From a virus: a stretch of DNA of 37,742 nucleotides. The notes under the pieces are model-generated. The model was given only the letters and a program-made list of their open reading frames with translations, ran no database searches and was not told the DNA's origin. Shown piece after piece: positions 7,281 through 15,622 of the stretch; within the stretch, counting starts at the first letter, position 1; each line of letters starts with the position of its first letter. The DNA lies in the IMG/VR virus record IMGVR_UViG_3300045741_000353, positions 1-37,742 of that record; one strand, given 5' to 3'. The translations under genes and the position numbers were made by a program.

Positions 7281-8923
7281 GCAATCCAAATATTCTTGAT
7301 GAGGCAGTTAGAAAAAAAATCATTGATGAGATAGGTGGCTCTGAGAATTTAAGCCGCAAACGATATGAGCAACGTAAATTTGACATTTACAGAAATCGTC
7401 AAGCGGCATATGTGCTTGAGCGTCTATCAGATGAGTTTAGCTCAGACACAGTCCAGAGAATGCGTAAAGTTTTGAGTATCAACCCTTGCAAACGAATCAT
7501 TGATCAATTGGGTTCTATTTATGCTCAAGAGCCAGAGCGACATTTTTCTGGCACAGATGATGGTCCTGAAACTCAAGCTGATGAGAGTATGGAAAAAAAA
7601 CTAGAGGATTTTTATCACTGCAATGGTGTTGACCCTCAGATGAGGCTTGCAAATAGGTATTATAAGCTCTGTGATCAAGCGGCACTTTACATTGTGCCAA
7701 AGCTTGGCAAAATCCAACCAAGGGCTTTGACGCCTAAGGATTATGATGTAATCCCAGATTTCAATGACCCAGAGCAAGCGTTTTGTTATATATTAAATGT
7801 GTTTGATGTGAATCTTTATGGTGTTAGAAACATCCCAGTAAAAGAAAATACAAACAGATACAATCAAAATTCAAGAGTGCCTCAGGATGTTTCAAACGAC
7901 TCGGATAGAGCAAAATTGTTACAACGTTTTGTTTGGTGGACTGATGAGGTCCATTTCACGACTAATGGCTATGGCACTCTGACAGAGGCTGAGGGCATTG
8001 TACCTAATCCAATTAAGCGTTTGCCATTTATTGATATTGCAAATGAAAAGGATTTCCAATTTTTTGTTAGACGTGGAAACAATATTGCTGAGTTTACAAT
8101 TGATTTACTTGTGCAGCTTTGTGACTTGGCTGAGATTTCACGATTGCAAGGATATTCTCAGGCCATCATTTACTCTATTGATGAGCCTAAATCGTTAACG
8201 GTTGGTCCAAATAGGTGCATGTGGATAAAGCAACCAGCTGATGCTCAGGCCTCACAACCTAAATTTGCTTTTGAATCACCAAGTCCAGACCTGGCTAATG
8301 CACTTGAAATTATCAATGTGCAATTAAAAATGTTTTTGTCTAGCAATGGCCTTGATTCATCGGTGGTTAGTGGTGACACGCCAAAGCGTGCATTTACATC
8401 TGGCATTGACCATTTGCTTGCTAACATTGATAAATTTCAAGCAAGCCAAGAGGATGTGGACCTTTTTAGACGTGTTGAAACTGATCTATTTGATATTATG
8501 AGGCTTTGGTCAAATGAATATCAGACAGTGACTGGTGATGACGCCCTTAATGAGGATTTACAGATTGGTATCATCCCAGACACTGTTGAGCTTGAGGTTT
8601 GTTACCCTGAGCCATCTGTGGTTGAAACTAAAAAGGACAAAGAGGATTCGACCATTAAACGTTGGGACAATGATTTATTAACGACTAAGGATGCACTTAA
8701 AGAGCTTTATGAGTTTGATGACATAAAGGCTGATGAATATTTGCTTGAGCTTGCGGCTGACAAAGTTGCAAACCCACGCCCTGCAACTCCAGGTCTTGGT
8801 CAACCAGGTGCAGAGACGCCAATGCAAGCTAATCAGCCACCTCCAGTCAATGGTGCTGACAACAATCCTATGCCTCCAAAGAAACAAGCGCCAAAGGTTA
8901 AACCCGCTCAAGGTGTGCAGTAA
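7277..8923 (+). CDS. Portal protein
   Basis: 548 aa, immediately downstream of terL. TTG start with AAAGGGGAT as SD. The call rests on size and position. Confidence 0.7.
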   Translation: MSNPNILDEAVRKKIIDEIGGSENLSRKRYEQRKFDIYRNRQAAYVLERLSDEFSSDTVQRMRKVLSINPCKRIIDQLGSIYAQEPERHFSGTDDGPETQADESMEKKLEDFYHCNGVDPQMRLANRYYKLCDQAALYIVPKLGKIQPRALTPKDYDVIPDFNDPEQAFCYILNVFDVNLYGVRNIPVKENTNRYNQNSRVPQDVSNDSDRAKLLQRFVWWTDEVHFTTNGYGTLTEAEGIVPNPIKRLPFIDIANEKDFQFFVRRGNNIAEFTIDLLVQLCDLAEISRLQGYSQAIIYSIDEPKSLTVGPNRCMWIKQPADAQASQPKFAFESPSPDLANALEIINVQLKMFLSSNGLDSSVVSGDTPKRAFTSGIDHLLANIDKFQASQEDVDLFRRVETDLFDIMRLWSNEYQTVTGDDALNEDLQIGIIPDTVELEVCYPEPSVVETKKDKEDSTIKRWDNDLLTTKDALKELYEFDDIKADEYLLELAADKVANPRPATPGLGQPGAETPMQANQPPPVNGADNNPMPPKKQAPKVKPAQGVQ

Positions 8924-8927
8924 TTAG

Positions 8928-9521
8928 ATGAAAAGTCCAAAGGTGACCAAGAAAATCATTGAACAAGAGATTGATCTTGGTGAGATTTTTGGGATTGATG
9001 CGACTGACAGCCCAGCGCTAAAAGAGGCGCTGGGTCAAGCTATCATTGACAGGATTACTCAAAGGACAGAGGCTGGTAAGGGACTTAAATTTACCAGTGG
9101 TGGCAATGCTAGTGAAATCAAACTCAAAAGCCCTTACTCTCAAGCCTATGTTAAATCCAGAGAGTTCAAAGCCGCTGGTAAAAAGGCGAGTGAGATTACA
9201 ATGGAGCTAACTGGAGATATGCTGGCAGCTGTTGACGTCGTCTCAACCTCTGGCAACAAGATCAAGGTCGCAATCACAGATGAGTTGCAGGTTTTAAAAG
9301 CATTCAATCACATCACGGGGGATACTGTCCCAGAGCGACCTTGGTTTGGGATTAGTAAGGATGAATTAAAAGACATTGGAATTAAATTTAAAAGTGATTT
9401 AGATGCGCTCCAGACCAAAGATTTGGTCACACCTAGACAGCAAAGGCTTTTGGATTTACTTGATACAATCAGAGGCAGCGCAGGTAAAGGCGTTGTTACA
9501 GTTGATGAAACAACAGAGTGA
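8928..9521 (+). CDS. Putative virion morphogenesis or minor head protein, 197 aa
   Basis: Lies downstream of portal. The motifs LTGDML and PERPWFGIS resemble the Mu gpG/P2 gpS-type pattern (LTG..L ... P.RPFlG). Confidence 0.35.
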   Translation: MKSPKVTKKIIEQEIDLGEIFGIDATDSPALKEALGQAIIDRITQRTEAGKGLKFTSGGNASEIKLKSPYSQAYVKSREFKAAGKKASEITMELTGDMLAAVDVVSTSGNKIKVAITDELQVLKAFNHITGDTVPERPWFGISKDELKDIGIKFKSDLDALQTKDLVTPRQQRLLDLLDTIRGSAGKGVVTVDETTE

Positions 9522-9681
9522 TAAAAAAATTGATGATGATTATATTTGTTATATTTGCAACAAGCCAAGCCAGGCTCAAGTGTTAGGTGATGATGATTGC
9601 AGGTATGAGCTAATTGAATGCAAAAAATGTAACACTAAATGGACCAGACTTGTTAAAAAGGTAAAGAGCGATGCCTATTGA
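9505..9681 (+). CDS. Small zinc-ribbon protein, 58 aa
   Basis: Internal ATG of ORF 9403..9681. CxxC (CYIC) and CxxC (CKKC) pairs. Weak SD, so the call is uncertain. Confidence 0.35.
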   Translation: MKQQSDKKIDDDYICYICNKPSQAQVLGDDDCRYELIECKKCNTKWTRLVKKVKSDAY

Positions 9682-10243
9682 AATCAAGATTGATTCAGCG
9701 CAATTTACTAAGGTCGAGTCACAGTTGCGTGAGGCGGCGACTGATATTTTGTCAGGCTCTGCGCTAAAAAAAGAGGTTGGCGATTTTGCAGTTGAGCGTT
9801 TGAAATTTCAAGCCAGGACTGGCAAACCATTTAATGACAGAAAAGAATTTCCATTGCTGCATGACTCGACCATAGACAAGAGAATTTATTTAGCAAAATA
9901 CAACAAGACCCATCCTACATATGAGGATGGTTTTTCAAACGTGACATTGACTGGTGAGTTTTTAGATTCTCTTGGCTGGCGTGACGAGGGAGGCAGTGGT
10001 GCTTTTTTGTCGCTTGCATTTACTGGTATGCACAAATTTTATGTTGGTGCTAAAGGCCAGAGGATTTCAAAGCCTTTAGGAAATGATACGCTTGCCAAAT
10101 ATTTGGCAGCAAAGGGATTTAAGGTATTTGACGACTCGTTACAAACCAACAAACAATTCATTGGTCGAATCAAAACTATTTGCATGAGATATATTAGACG
10201 GGGGTTGCGTATCCGCAATGCTGTTGAGGATTACGAGGCCTGA
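9671..10243 (+). CDS. Putative head morphogenesis or minor structural protein, 190 aa
   Basis: Lies in the head module. It shares the LTGEFL motif with the 8928 gene. Confidence 0.4.
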   Translation: MPIEIKIDSAQFTKVESQLREAATDILSGSALKKEVGDFAVERLKFQARTGKPFNDRKEFPLLHDSTIDKRIYLAKYNKTHPTYEDGFSNVTLTGEFLDSLGWRDEGGSGAFLSLAFTGMHKFYVGAKGQRISKPLGNDTLAKYLAAKGFKVFDDSLQTNKQFIGRIKTICMRYIRRGLRIRNAVEDYEA

Positions 10244-10299
10244 CTTTTGGCTTGTCAAAATATTTTTGCTTGCGACCAATAAAAAAAGGGGAGATGATT

Positions 10300-10929
10300 A
10301 TGGCTGACGATAAGACAAAAGGTGCCAGTGGCACTGACGATAAAGGCAGCGCCGATATCGACAACGACGACCAGACCTTGGACACCAGTGGTGATAAAGG
10401 TAAAAACAGTGTCGCGTATGAGACTTACCAAAAGACATTAAAAGAGGCAAAGGCAGCAAAGGCCAGGCTCAAAGAGCTAGAGGATAAACTAGCTGCTAGC
10501 GAGAATGACAAGCTGTCTGCTGAGGGCAAAAAAGATGAGTTGATTGCCAAGCTCAGAAAAGATCACGAGACTTTGAGCAAAACGCACAAAGACACGCTCA
10601 ATTCTTTTGTTTTTTCTAGCCTCGACGCACAGGTTAAAGAAAAGGCAGCAAGCCTTGGATGTATTGACTTGGACGCTGTCAGTAAGTTGGTTGATTTGTC
10701 AGACATTGAGGTGGACACAAAGACCTTTAAGGCTGACGAAAAAGCTCTTGTGAGTTTGATTGATGGTTTGAAAAAATCAAAACCATACTTATTTAGTAAG
10801 GTTGGACCAAAGATCAATACTAAGATGCCAAATGGAAAAGCGATTGAGGTCCCGTCTGGAAAAAAATTATCAGAGTTGACTAGGGATGAAATTTGGGCAG
10901 AATTAAGATCGTTAGAACAAAAACAATAG
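10300..10929 (+). CDS. Scaffolding protein (putative)
   Basis: Acidic, coiled-coil-rich protein (KEAKAAKARLKELEDKLAASEND...) lying upstream of the capsid gene, separated from it by the 161-aa gene. The ORF is open from 10252, but ATG 10300 follows GGGGAG. Confidence 0.55.
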   Translation: MADDKTKGASGTDDKGSADIDNDDQTLDTSGDKGKNSVAYETYQKTLKEAKAAKARLKELEDKLAASENDKLSAEGKKDELIAKLRKDHETLSKTHKDTLNSFVFSSLDAQVKEKAASLGCIDLDAVSKLVDLSDIEVDTKTFKADEKALVSLIDGLKKSKPYLFSKVGPKINTKMPNGKAIEVPSGKKLSELTRDEIWAELRSLEQKQ

Positions 10930-10940
10930 GGGGATTTGAA

Positions 10941-11426
10941 ATGAGTAAGTTTTTTATGACATTCACAGCACTGCTTTTGTCGTTTGGCATGAGTCAGGCT
11001 TTTGCAACTCCAAGCACAACCACGGTTGAGAAATCAACTCGTGTGCTGGACCATGGACAAAAGGTTTTGATTTATAAGATTGCATGGACCGCAAGCTCTG
11101 TTGATGGCTCTGTCATCAATTCGACCTTGCCTGGTGTGCATGGGTTTTTGATGAAATCAATTACCAATCCTGGTGCTGTGGCACCAACTGCACTTTATGA
11201 TATTGCAATCAATGATGCTGACGATTCAACTTTGGATGCATCAGCTGGTGTGCTTTCAAATCGTAGCGCAACTGTCACTGAGGCTGTTTATCCAGTTGGT
11301 GCAACTGGCGCTGCACCTCTTTGGTTTCAGCCAGGCAATTACGTTTTGACCATAGCTAACAACTCGGTTAATTCGGCAACTGGTGTGATTTGGCTTTATT
11401 TCTTGGATGATGCCAGCCGTTTCTAA
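10941..11426 (+). CDS. Signal-peptide-bearing protein, 161 aa, between the scaffold and capsid genes (decoration-like position)
   Basis: SD TAGGGGGATTTGAAATG. N-terminus MSKFFMTFTALLLSFGMSQAFA/TPS has n-h-c regions and an A-x-A site. Confidence 0.6.
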   Translation: MSKFFMTFTALLLSFGMSQAFATPSTTTVEKSTRVLDHGQKVLIYKIAWTASSVDGSVINSTLPGVHGFLMKSITNPGAVAPTALYDIAINDADDSTLDASAGVLSNRSATVTEAVYPVGATGAAPLWFQPGNYVLTIANNSVNSATGVIWLYFLDDASRF

Positions 11427-11495
11427 GCGGTTGGTTTAGGGGATTAGTTTTTGTTTTGGTTTTGAGATTTAAAAACTTTTTAAGGGGGATTTAAA

Positions 11496-12350
11496 ATGGC
11501 TGATGCCGGTATAACAAGTAACGCACAATTGACCGCAACTAAAAATGATCTAATCGTAGAGCTTGTGCAGCGCGAGCTAATCTCGCAAGCTGTGCTTGCT
11601 CCAACGGTAATGGACGTAAGTCGCTTTGCCAAAAAAGGTGCGCAAAGCATTGCTTTTCCAAAAGCTGGTAGCTTTATGGTTGAAAATCGCGCCTCTGGTG
11701 TCGCGAGCGTTAAACAGACTTTGTCTTTTGATAAAGACAAAATGGATTTGAGTTTCCGCGCAACTGTTTCTTGGTTGATTGATTCAATGGATGAGATTGA
11801 GTCTATTGTTGACGTAGAGGGTGAGTATGCAGTAAGAGCCGCTCGCGCTCATGCAGTTTATCTTGAGCAACAAATTATTGCTGAGTTGGCAAATGTTGCA
11901 TACAAGATCACTGCCGCCACTGGTGACATCAGTGATGATGCTATTTTAGCAATGCGCAAAACGCTCTTGAACCACAAAGCAAACCGCAATCAGTTGGCAC
12001 TTGCAATCAGTGCTGATCAAGAGGCTGTAATGCTTGGGATTGAGAAATTTGTCTCGGCATTTCAGTATGGCAACAGCCGTATCCCAGAGGGTTCTTTGGG
12101 TCTCATTTACGGGATGCCCGTTTATGTGTCCACTGAGCTTGGAGCTCAAGAGTTTTACGCCTACGAAAAAGAGGGTATTGCGATTGGTTTCCAGCGCGGA
12201 CCCGCTCTTGATGAGCGTAAAGCGCCTGAGTACGGCGCCGGTTCTATGCTCAAGGTGCTTGACCAGAAATTTGGTGTCAAAGGCTTGGCTATTGCTCAAC
12301 AGGGCATGGCAGCTGGCATCAGTGCGCTTGTTGTCTCTGACAACAACTAA
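11496..12350 (+). CDS. Major capsid protein (HK97-fold type)
   Basis: 284 aa after the scaffold gene. Strong SD TAAGGGGGAT, followed by a hairpin. The N-terminal region resembles phage major capsid proteins. Confidence 0.75.
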   Translation: MADAGITSNAQLTATKNDLIVELVQRELISQAVLAPTVMDVSRFAKKGAQSIAFPKAGSFMVENRASGVASVKQTLSFDKDKMDLSFRATVSWLIDSMDEIESIVDVEGEYAVRAARAHAVYLEQQIIAELANVAYKITAATGDISDDAILAMRKTLLNHKANRNQLALAISADQEAVMLGIEKFVSAFQYGNSRIPEGSLGLIYGMPVYVSTELGAQEFYAYEKEGIAIGFQRGPALDERKAPEYGAGSMLKVLDQKFGVKGLAIAQQGMAAGISALVVSDNN

Positions 12351-12364
12351 TCTATTTTTAAAAA

Positions 12365-12406
12365 CCACCAGACTGAGAAATTGGTCTGGTGGACCTGCCA
12401 CTTTTT
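12365..12406 (+). terminator. Hairpin after the capsid gene (possible partial terminator)
   Basis: CCACCAGAC (12365-12373) pairs with GTCTGGTGG (12384-12392), with a 10-nt loop. The T5 run starts only about 10 nt downstream. Confidence 0.35.
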
Positions 12407-12421
12407 ACCTGGAGATAAATT

Positions 12422-12709
12422 ATGCGCATAATTATGTTTGTCTGTGTTTTGCTTGCCTCAATAACAGCATATGCAGCATTTAGGGTTGAGGTGACTGGTA
12501 TTGCTGGATTTCCAGCTGGCGGGTTGACTGGCCAGGTTTTGACTAAAAACTCAGGCACTGATTTTGATTCTAGTTGGACTAATCCTAAATTTGTAATGCT
12601 TGCTGCTGACCCCGGCGCTCCAGCTGAGGGCCAATTTTATTACAACACAGTGGCTCATGTTTTGAAATTTTGGAACGGTACTGCATGGAAAACTGTAACG
12701 ACTAATTAA
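12422..12709 (+). CDS. Small fibre-related protein, 95 aa, with a signal-peptide-like N-terminus
   Basis: MRIIMFVCVLLASITAYA/AF, then the GQVLTK...W..P motif shared with the next gene. The C-terminal GQFYYNT..LKFWNGTAW motif is common in phage fibre proteins. Confidence 0.6.
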   Translation: MRIIMFVCVLLASITAYAAFRVEVTGIAGFPAGGLTGQVLTKNSGTDFDSSWTNPKFVMLAADPGAPAEGQFYYNTVAHVLKFWNGTAWKTVTTN

Positions 12710-14445
12710 TGAGGTTTGATGTGGTTAAATTATTTTTATTGATTTGTTTGATTGTTAGCCAATCTGCATTTGCCACATTTCAAGTTAACCTGATTGGTGG
12801 CGCTCCAGCTGGAGGCACAACTGGTCAAGTACTGACTAAACAGAGCAATACGACTTATGATTACATCTGGGCAACTCCAAGCGGTGGAGGTGGTGGAGTT
12901 AACTGGTCAACTCCAGTAAATGCGAACATTGTCCCAGACGGTGATGCCACTCGAAATATAGGCTCACCGACCTTTAATTTTCTAGATGCAAATGTTCAAA
13001 ATGTTAAAAGTAACGCTTCAATTCATTTAGAGGCCCCGAATTCTCATATTCTATTATTATCTACTGGCGATCAGATTTATTTAAGACCAAAAGATAAAGT
13101 TGAAATTGCTGCGCAGAATGGAACAGTAGGTTCTATTTTTAATTTGTATGATTCAACGCAAGCTAATTCAGTTGGATTTAAATCGCCTGACACATTGGCT
13201 GGCTCTGTTTTATGGACCTTACCGCCAACAGATGGCACTCCAGGGCAAGTTTTATCCACCAATAGCCTTGGAGTTTTATCTTGGGTTAACGCTGGTTCAC
13301 CATCTAATAATCTATCTTTTGGATTTACTGCCACTGGTGGAGCAATAACAGCATCTGGTAATGGGTCAATGGCTCATGGTGATGCTCAAAACAATGCAAC
13401 TATTTTCAGTAGTGGTAATGGGACGTCTGTCCATGGATTAGCCAATAATAGTGGACATATTCAAAGTGGTGATCAGGGTGATTTTGTTTTTGGTATTGCT
13501 GATGGTGGAACTTTAGGTACTGACTCAGGTGCTGTTTTTGTATTTGGACAGGCCAACTCAGGTGGGATTATTGAGGGAGATAATACCGGCTCTGCAACAT
13601 GGGGCATTGTTTCAAATAATGCACAGATTGCATCCAACACAGTTGGCTCTTTAACATTTGGTGTTGCTGATGGAACTGGTACGTTTCTTGGCGCCTCTGG
13701 TGCTGGTGAGGGAGTTTTACAGCATGGGAGTATTGTTGGTGGAGGTTTAATAAATGGAGTTGGGAGTGGTTCATCAGTTTTTGGACGCGCAGAAGGTACA
13801 GGTTCATCCATATCAACAAATGGTCAAGGTGCTTTGGCTCATGGTTGGTCTAGTGAGGGGTTTGCCATAAATGCTGGTGGTAATGGCTCATACATTGGAG
13901 GCATTGCAAGCATAGGACCTCATACCACAACCGGGTTGTCATCTTTTAGTCATGGTGATTCAAACGTTTCAACATCAAGTTTAGGCACAACGTTTGGACT
14001 TTGGAATGTTAATAATACATTTTTGACAACTGTTGTTGGCAGATACGCTAAAACTCCAGCGGCTGGCAATGAGTCGGCGTGGGTTGATACAGACCCTTTA
14101 TTTGTTGTTGGAAATGGGTCTAGCGATGGGGATAGAAAAAGTGCATTTACTGTGATCAAGAATGGTCATGTTGAGCATGGTGGCAACTCGCCAACCCTAA
14201 CCGCGTGTGGGACTGGTGCCACAGTTGTTGGTAATGACGTAGCAGGAAACGTAACCATTGGCGCGGCATACACTGGAAACTGCATTGTGACCTTTAATTC
14301 AGCATGGACTAATCCACCTGTTTGCACGGCTGTTGATAATGTCTCTGGAAATCCTCTCACGGTCATATCGACAACGTCTTTAATTACTATTGATAGCTCT
14401 GGGTCTGCGACATCAATCAATTACCATTGTGTCGGATATCAATAA
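12709..14445 (+). CDS. Fibre or adhesin-like protein, 578 aa, with YadA-head-like (Hep_Hag-type) Gly/Asn/Ser repeats
   Basis: TAATG coupling. Signal-like N-terminus MRFDVVKLFLLICLIVSQSAFA/TF. Degenerate repeats (GNGSMAHGDAQN, GNGTSVHGLANN...). The motif FVVGNGSSDGDRKSAFTVIKNG is typical of trimeric-adhesin heads. Confidence 0.6.
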   Translation: MRFDVVKLFLLICLIVSQSAFATFQVNLIGGAPAGGTTGQVLTKQSNTTYDYIWATPSGGGGGVNWSTPVNANIVPDGDATRNIGSPTFNFLDANVQNVKSNASIHLEAPNSHILLLSTGDQIYLRPKDKVEIAAQNGTVGSIFNLYDSTQANSVGFKSPDTLAGSVLWTLPPTDGTPGQVLSTNSLGVLSWVNAGSPSNNLSFGFTATGGAITASGNGSMAHGDAQNNATIFSSGNGTSVHGLANNSGHIQSGDQGDFVFGIADGGTLGTDSGAVFVFGQANSGGIIEGDNTGSATWGIVSNNAQIASNTVGSLTFGVADGTGTFLGASGAGEGVLQHGSIVGGGLINGVGSGSSVFGRAEGTGSSISTNGQGALAHGWSSEGFAINAGGNGSYIGGIASIGPHTTTGLSSFSHGDSNVSTSSLGTTFGLWNVNNTFLTTVVGRYAKTPAAGNESAWVDTDPLFVVGNGSSDGDRKSAFTVIKNGHVEHGGNSPTLTACGTGATVVGNDVAGNVTIGAAYTGNCIVTFNSAWTNPPVCTAVDNVSGNPLTVISTTSLITIDSSGSATSINYHCVGYQ

Positions 14446-14454
14446 AGGATATTT

Positions 14455-15171
14455 ATGATATGCGGAGTTCTTGAAATTGAAAATACAGTGCAAGTTGGTG
14501 ACAAGACCAGACTTGATGCTGGAAAATCCTTTGTCACAAAGGGCGAGTTGCCTGTTGTAAAGGTTGAGATTTGTCCAGACTTTGCTAATGACCCAACCTT
14601 TATTGATGTGACTGGTGTTGATTTTAGGGACTGGTATTTAGACTGGGTTTACTCTGGAGCGACCAGAGTTGTTACTGTGAAACTTAAAATTCACATAGTT
14701 TTAGATGTGACTTTTTCAATTTTTGATAAAACTCTGCAAATAAATACAGCGGCTGACGATATGCTTTTCTCAAATGACAAAGATTTGACAGCCATTGAGC
14801 CTGATATTTTGAAATGGGTTTCTGATGGCAGGTCATCTTGGCTAAATGTGCATAGATCAGCACAAGAAAAAATCATTGATTGGCTAAACAAATCTGGGAT
14901 TGAGGATGCAGCTGGTAAGGCTTTGACAAAGGTTGATGTAAAAGACGTTGATGAGGTTAGGTTTTGGTCTAGGGATTTGACTTTGGCGCTAATTTTTAAA
15001 AGCATTCAAAATGCTGTTGGCGATGTATTTTCTGAAAAAGCAAAATTCTATTTTGGTGAGGCTGACAAATCAACTCATAGAGCAAAATTGCGACTCGACT
15101 TAAATCATGATGGAACAATTAGTAAATCTGAGGGCGTAGGACTGACATCAGCCGCGCTAATCAGGATATGA
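14455..15171 (+). CDS. Putative head-tail connector or adaptor protein, 238 aa
   Basis: Lies between the capsid/fibre genes and the tail genes. Contains the EF-hand-like loop DLNHDGTISKSE near the C-terminus. Confidence 0.4.
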   Translation: MICGVLEIENTVQVGDKTRLDAGKSFVTKGELPVVKVEICPDFANDPTFIDVTGVDFRDWYLDWVYSGATRVVTVKLKIHIVLDVTFSIFDKTLQINTAADDMLFSNDKDLTAIEPDILKWVSDGRSSWLNVHRSAQEKIIDWLNKSGIEDAAGKALTKVDVKDVDEVRFWSRDLTLALIFKSIQNAVGDVFSEKAKFYFGEADKSTHRAKLRLDLNHDGTISKSEGVGLTSAALIRI

Positions 15172-15599
15172 CGTTAGGCCAGGTAAGAGGTTTTTTTAGA
15201 GGCGTAATGAATGGTCTAAAATATAGGGAGTGGGCTGACGGTTTTAACATAGCAAACATCCCAGCAACCATACTTGACGGGTCCTATCATTTAGATGTTG
15301 GCCACATAAAAATATCACCAACCATGGGAGCTCAGGCAAGGGCGTTTGAATTTAGTTATCCTGTAACTTTAAAAGTTTTGTCAAAAGGGTTTAAAAATCC
15401 AGGTCTAGCAATTGACCGCGCTCTTGACAACGCGCAAGGTATTTTAGAGGTGTTGATGCCTCAAGCTAATGCTCTTACGCAAGTTGGTATCAAGAATGTC
15501 AGTCCAACTGGACTTGACACTCAGCCATTGCAAGTGAGCAATGACAATGCTGTAATCTTGGTCATGACTTTTGATATGTATTTGATCTTGGCTTTTTAA
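15168..15599 (+). CDS. Putative head-tail joining or tail completion protein, 143 aa
   Basis: ATGA-coupled to the previous gene and lies upstream of the major tail gene. Confidence 0.4.
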   Translation: MTLGQVRGFFRGVMNGLKYREWADGFNIANIPATILDGSYHLDVGHIKISPTMGAQARAFEFSYPVTLKVLSKGFKNPGLAIDRALDNAQGILEVLMPQANALTQVGIKNVSPTGLDTQPLQVSNDNAVILVMTFDMYLILAF

Positions 15600-15622
15600 A
15601 TTTAATTTTAGGGGGATTTAAT

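Noticed and set aside
11946-12483. ORFs 11946..12401 (-) and 12034..12483 (+) overlapping the capsid gene
   Set aside because: Both lie inside or overlap the strongly supported major capsid CDS, and neither has translation signals. They are treated as shadow ORFs. The same applies to 671..901, 2206..2391, 5699..5983, 7515..7721, 8678..8911, 8733..8927, 9308..9568 and other overlapping short ORFs in the track.
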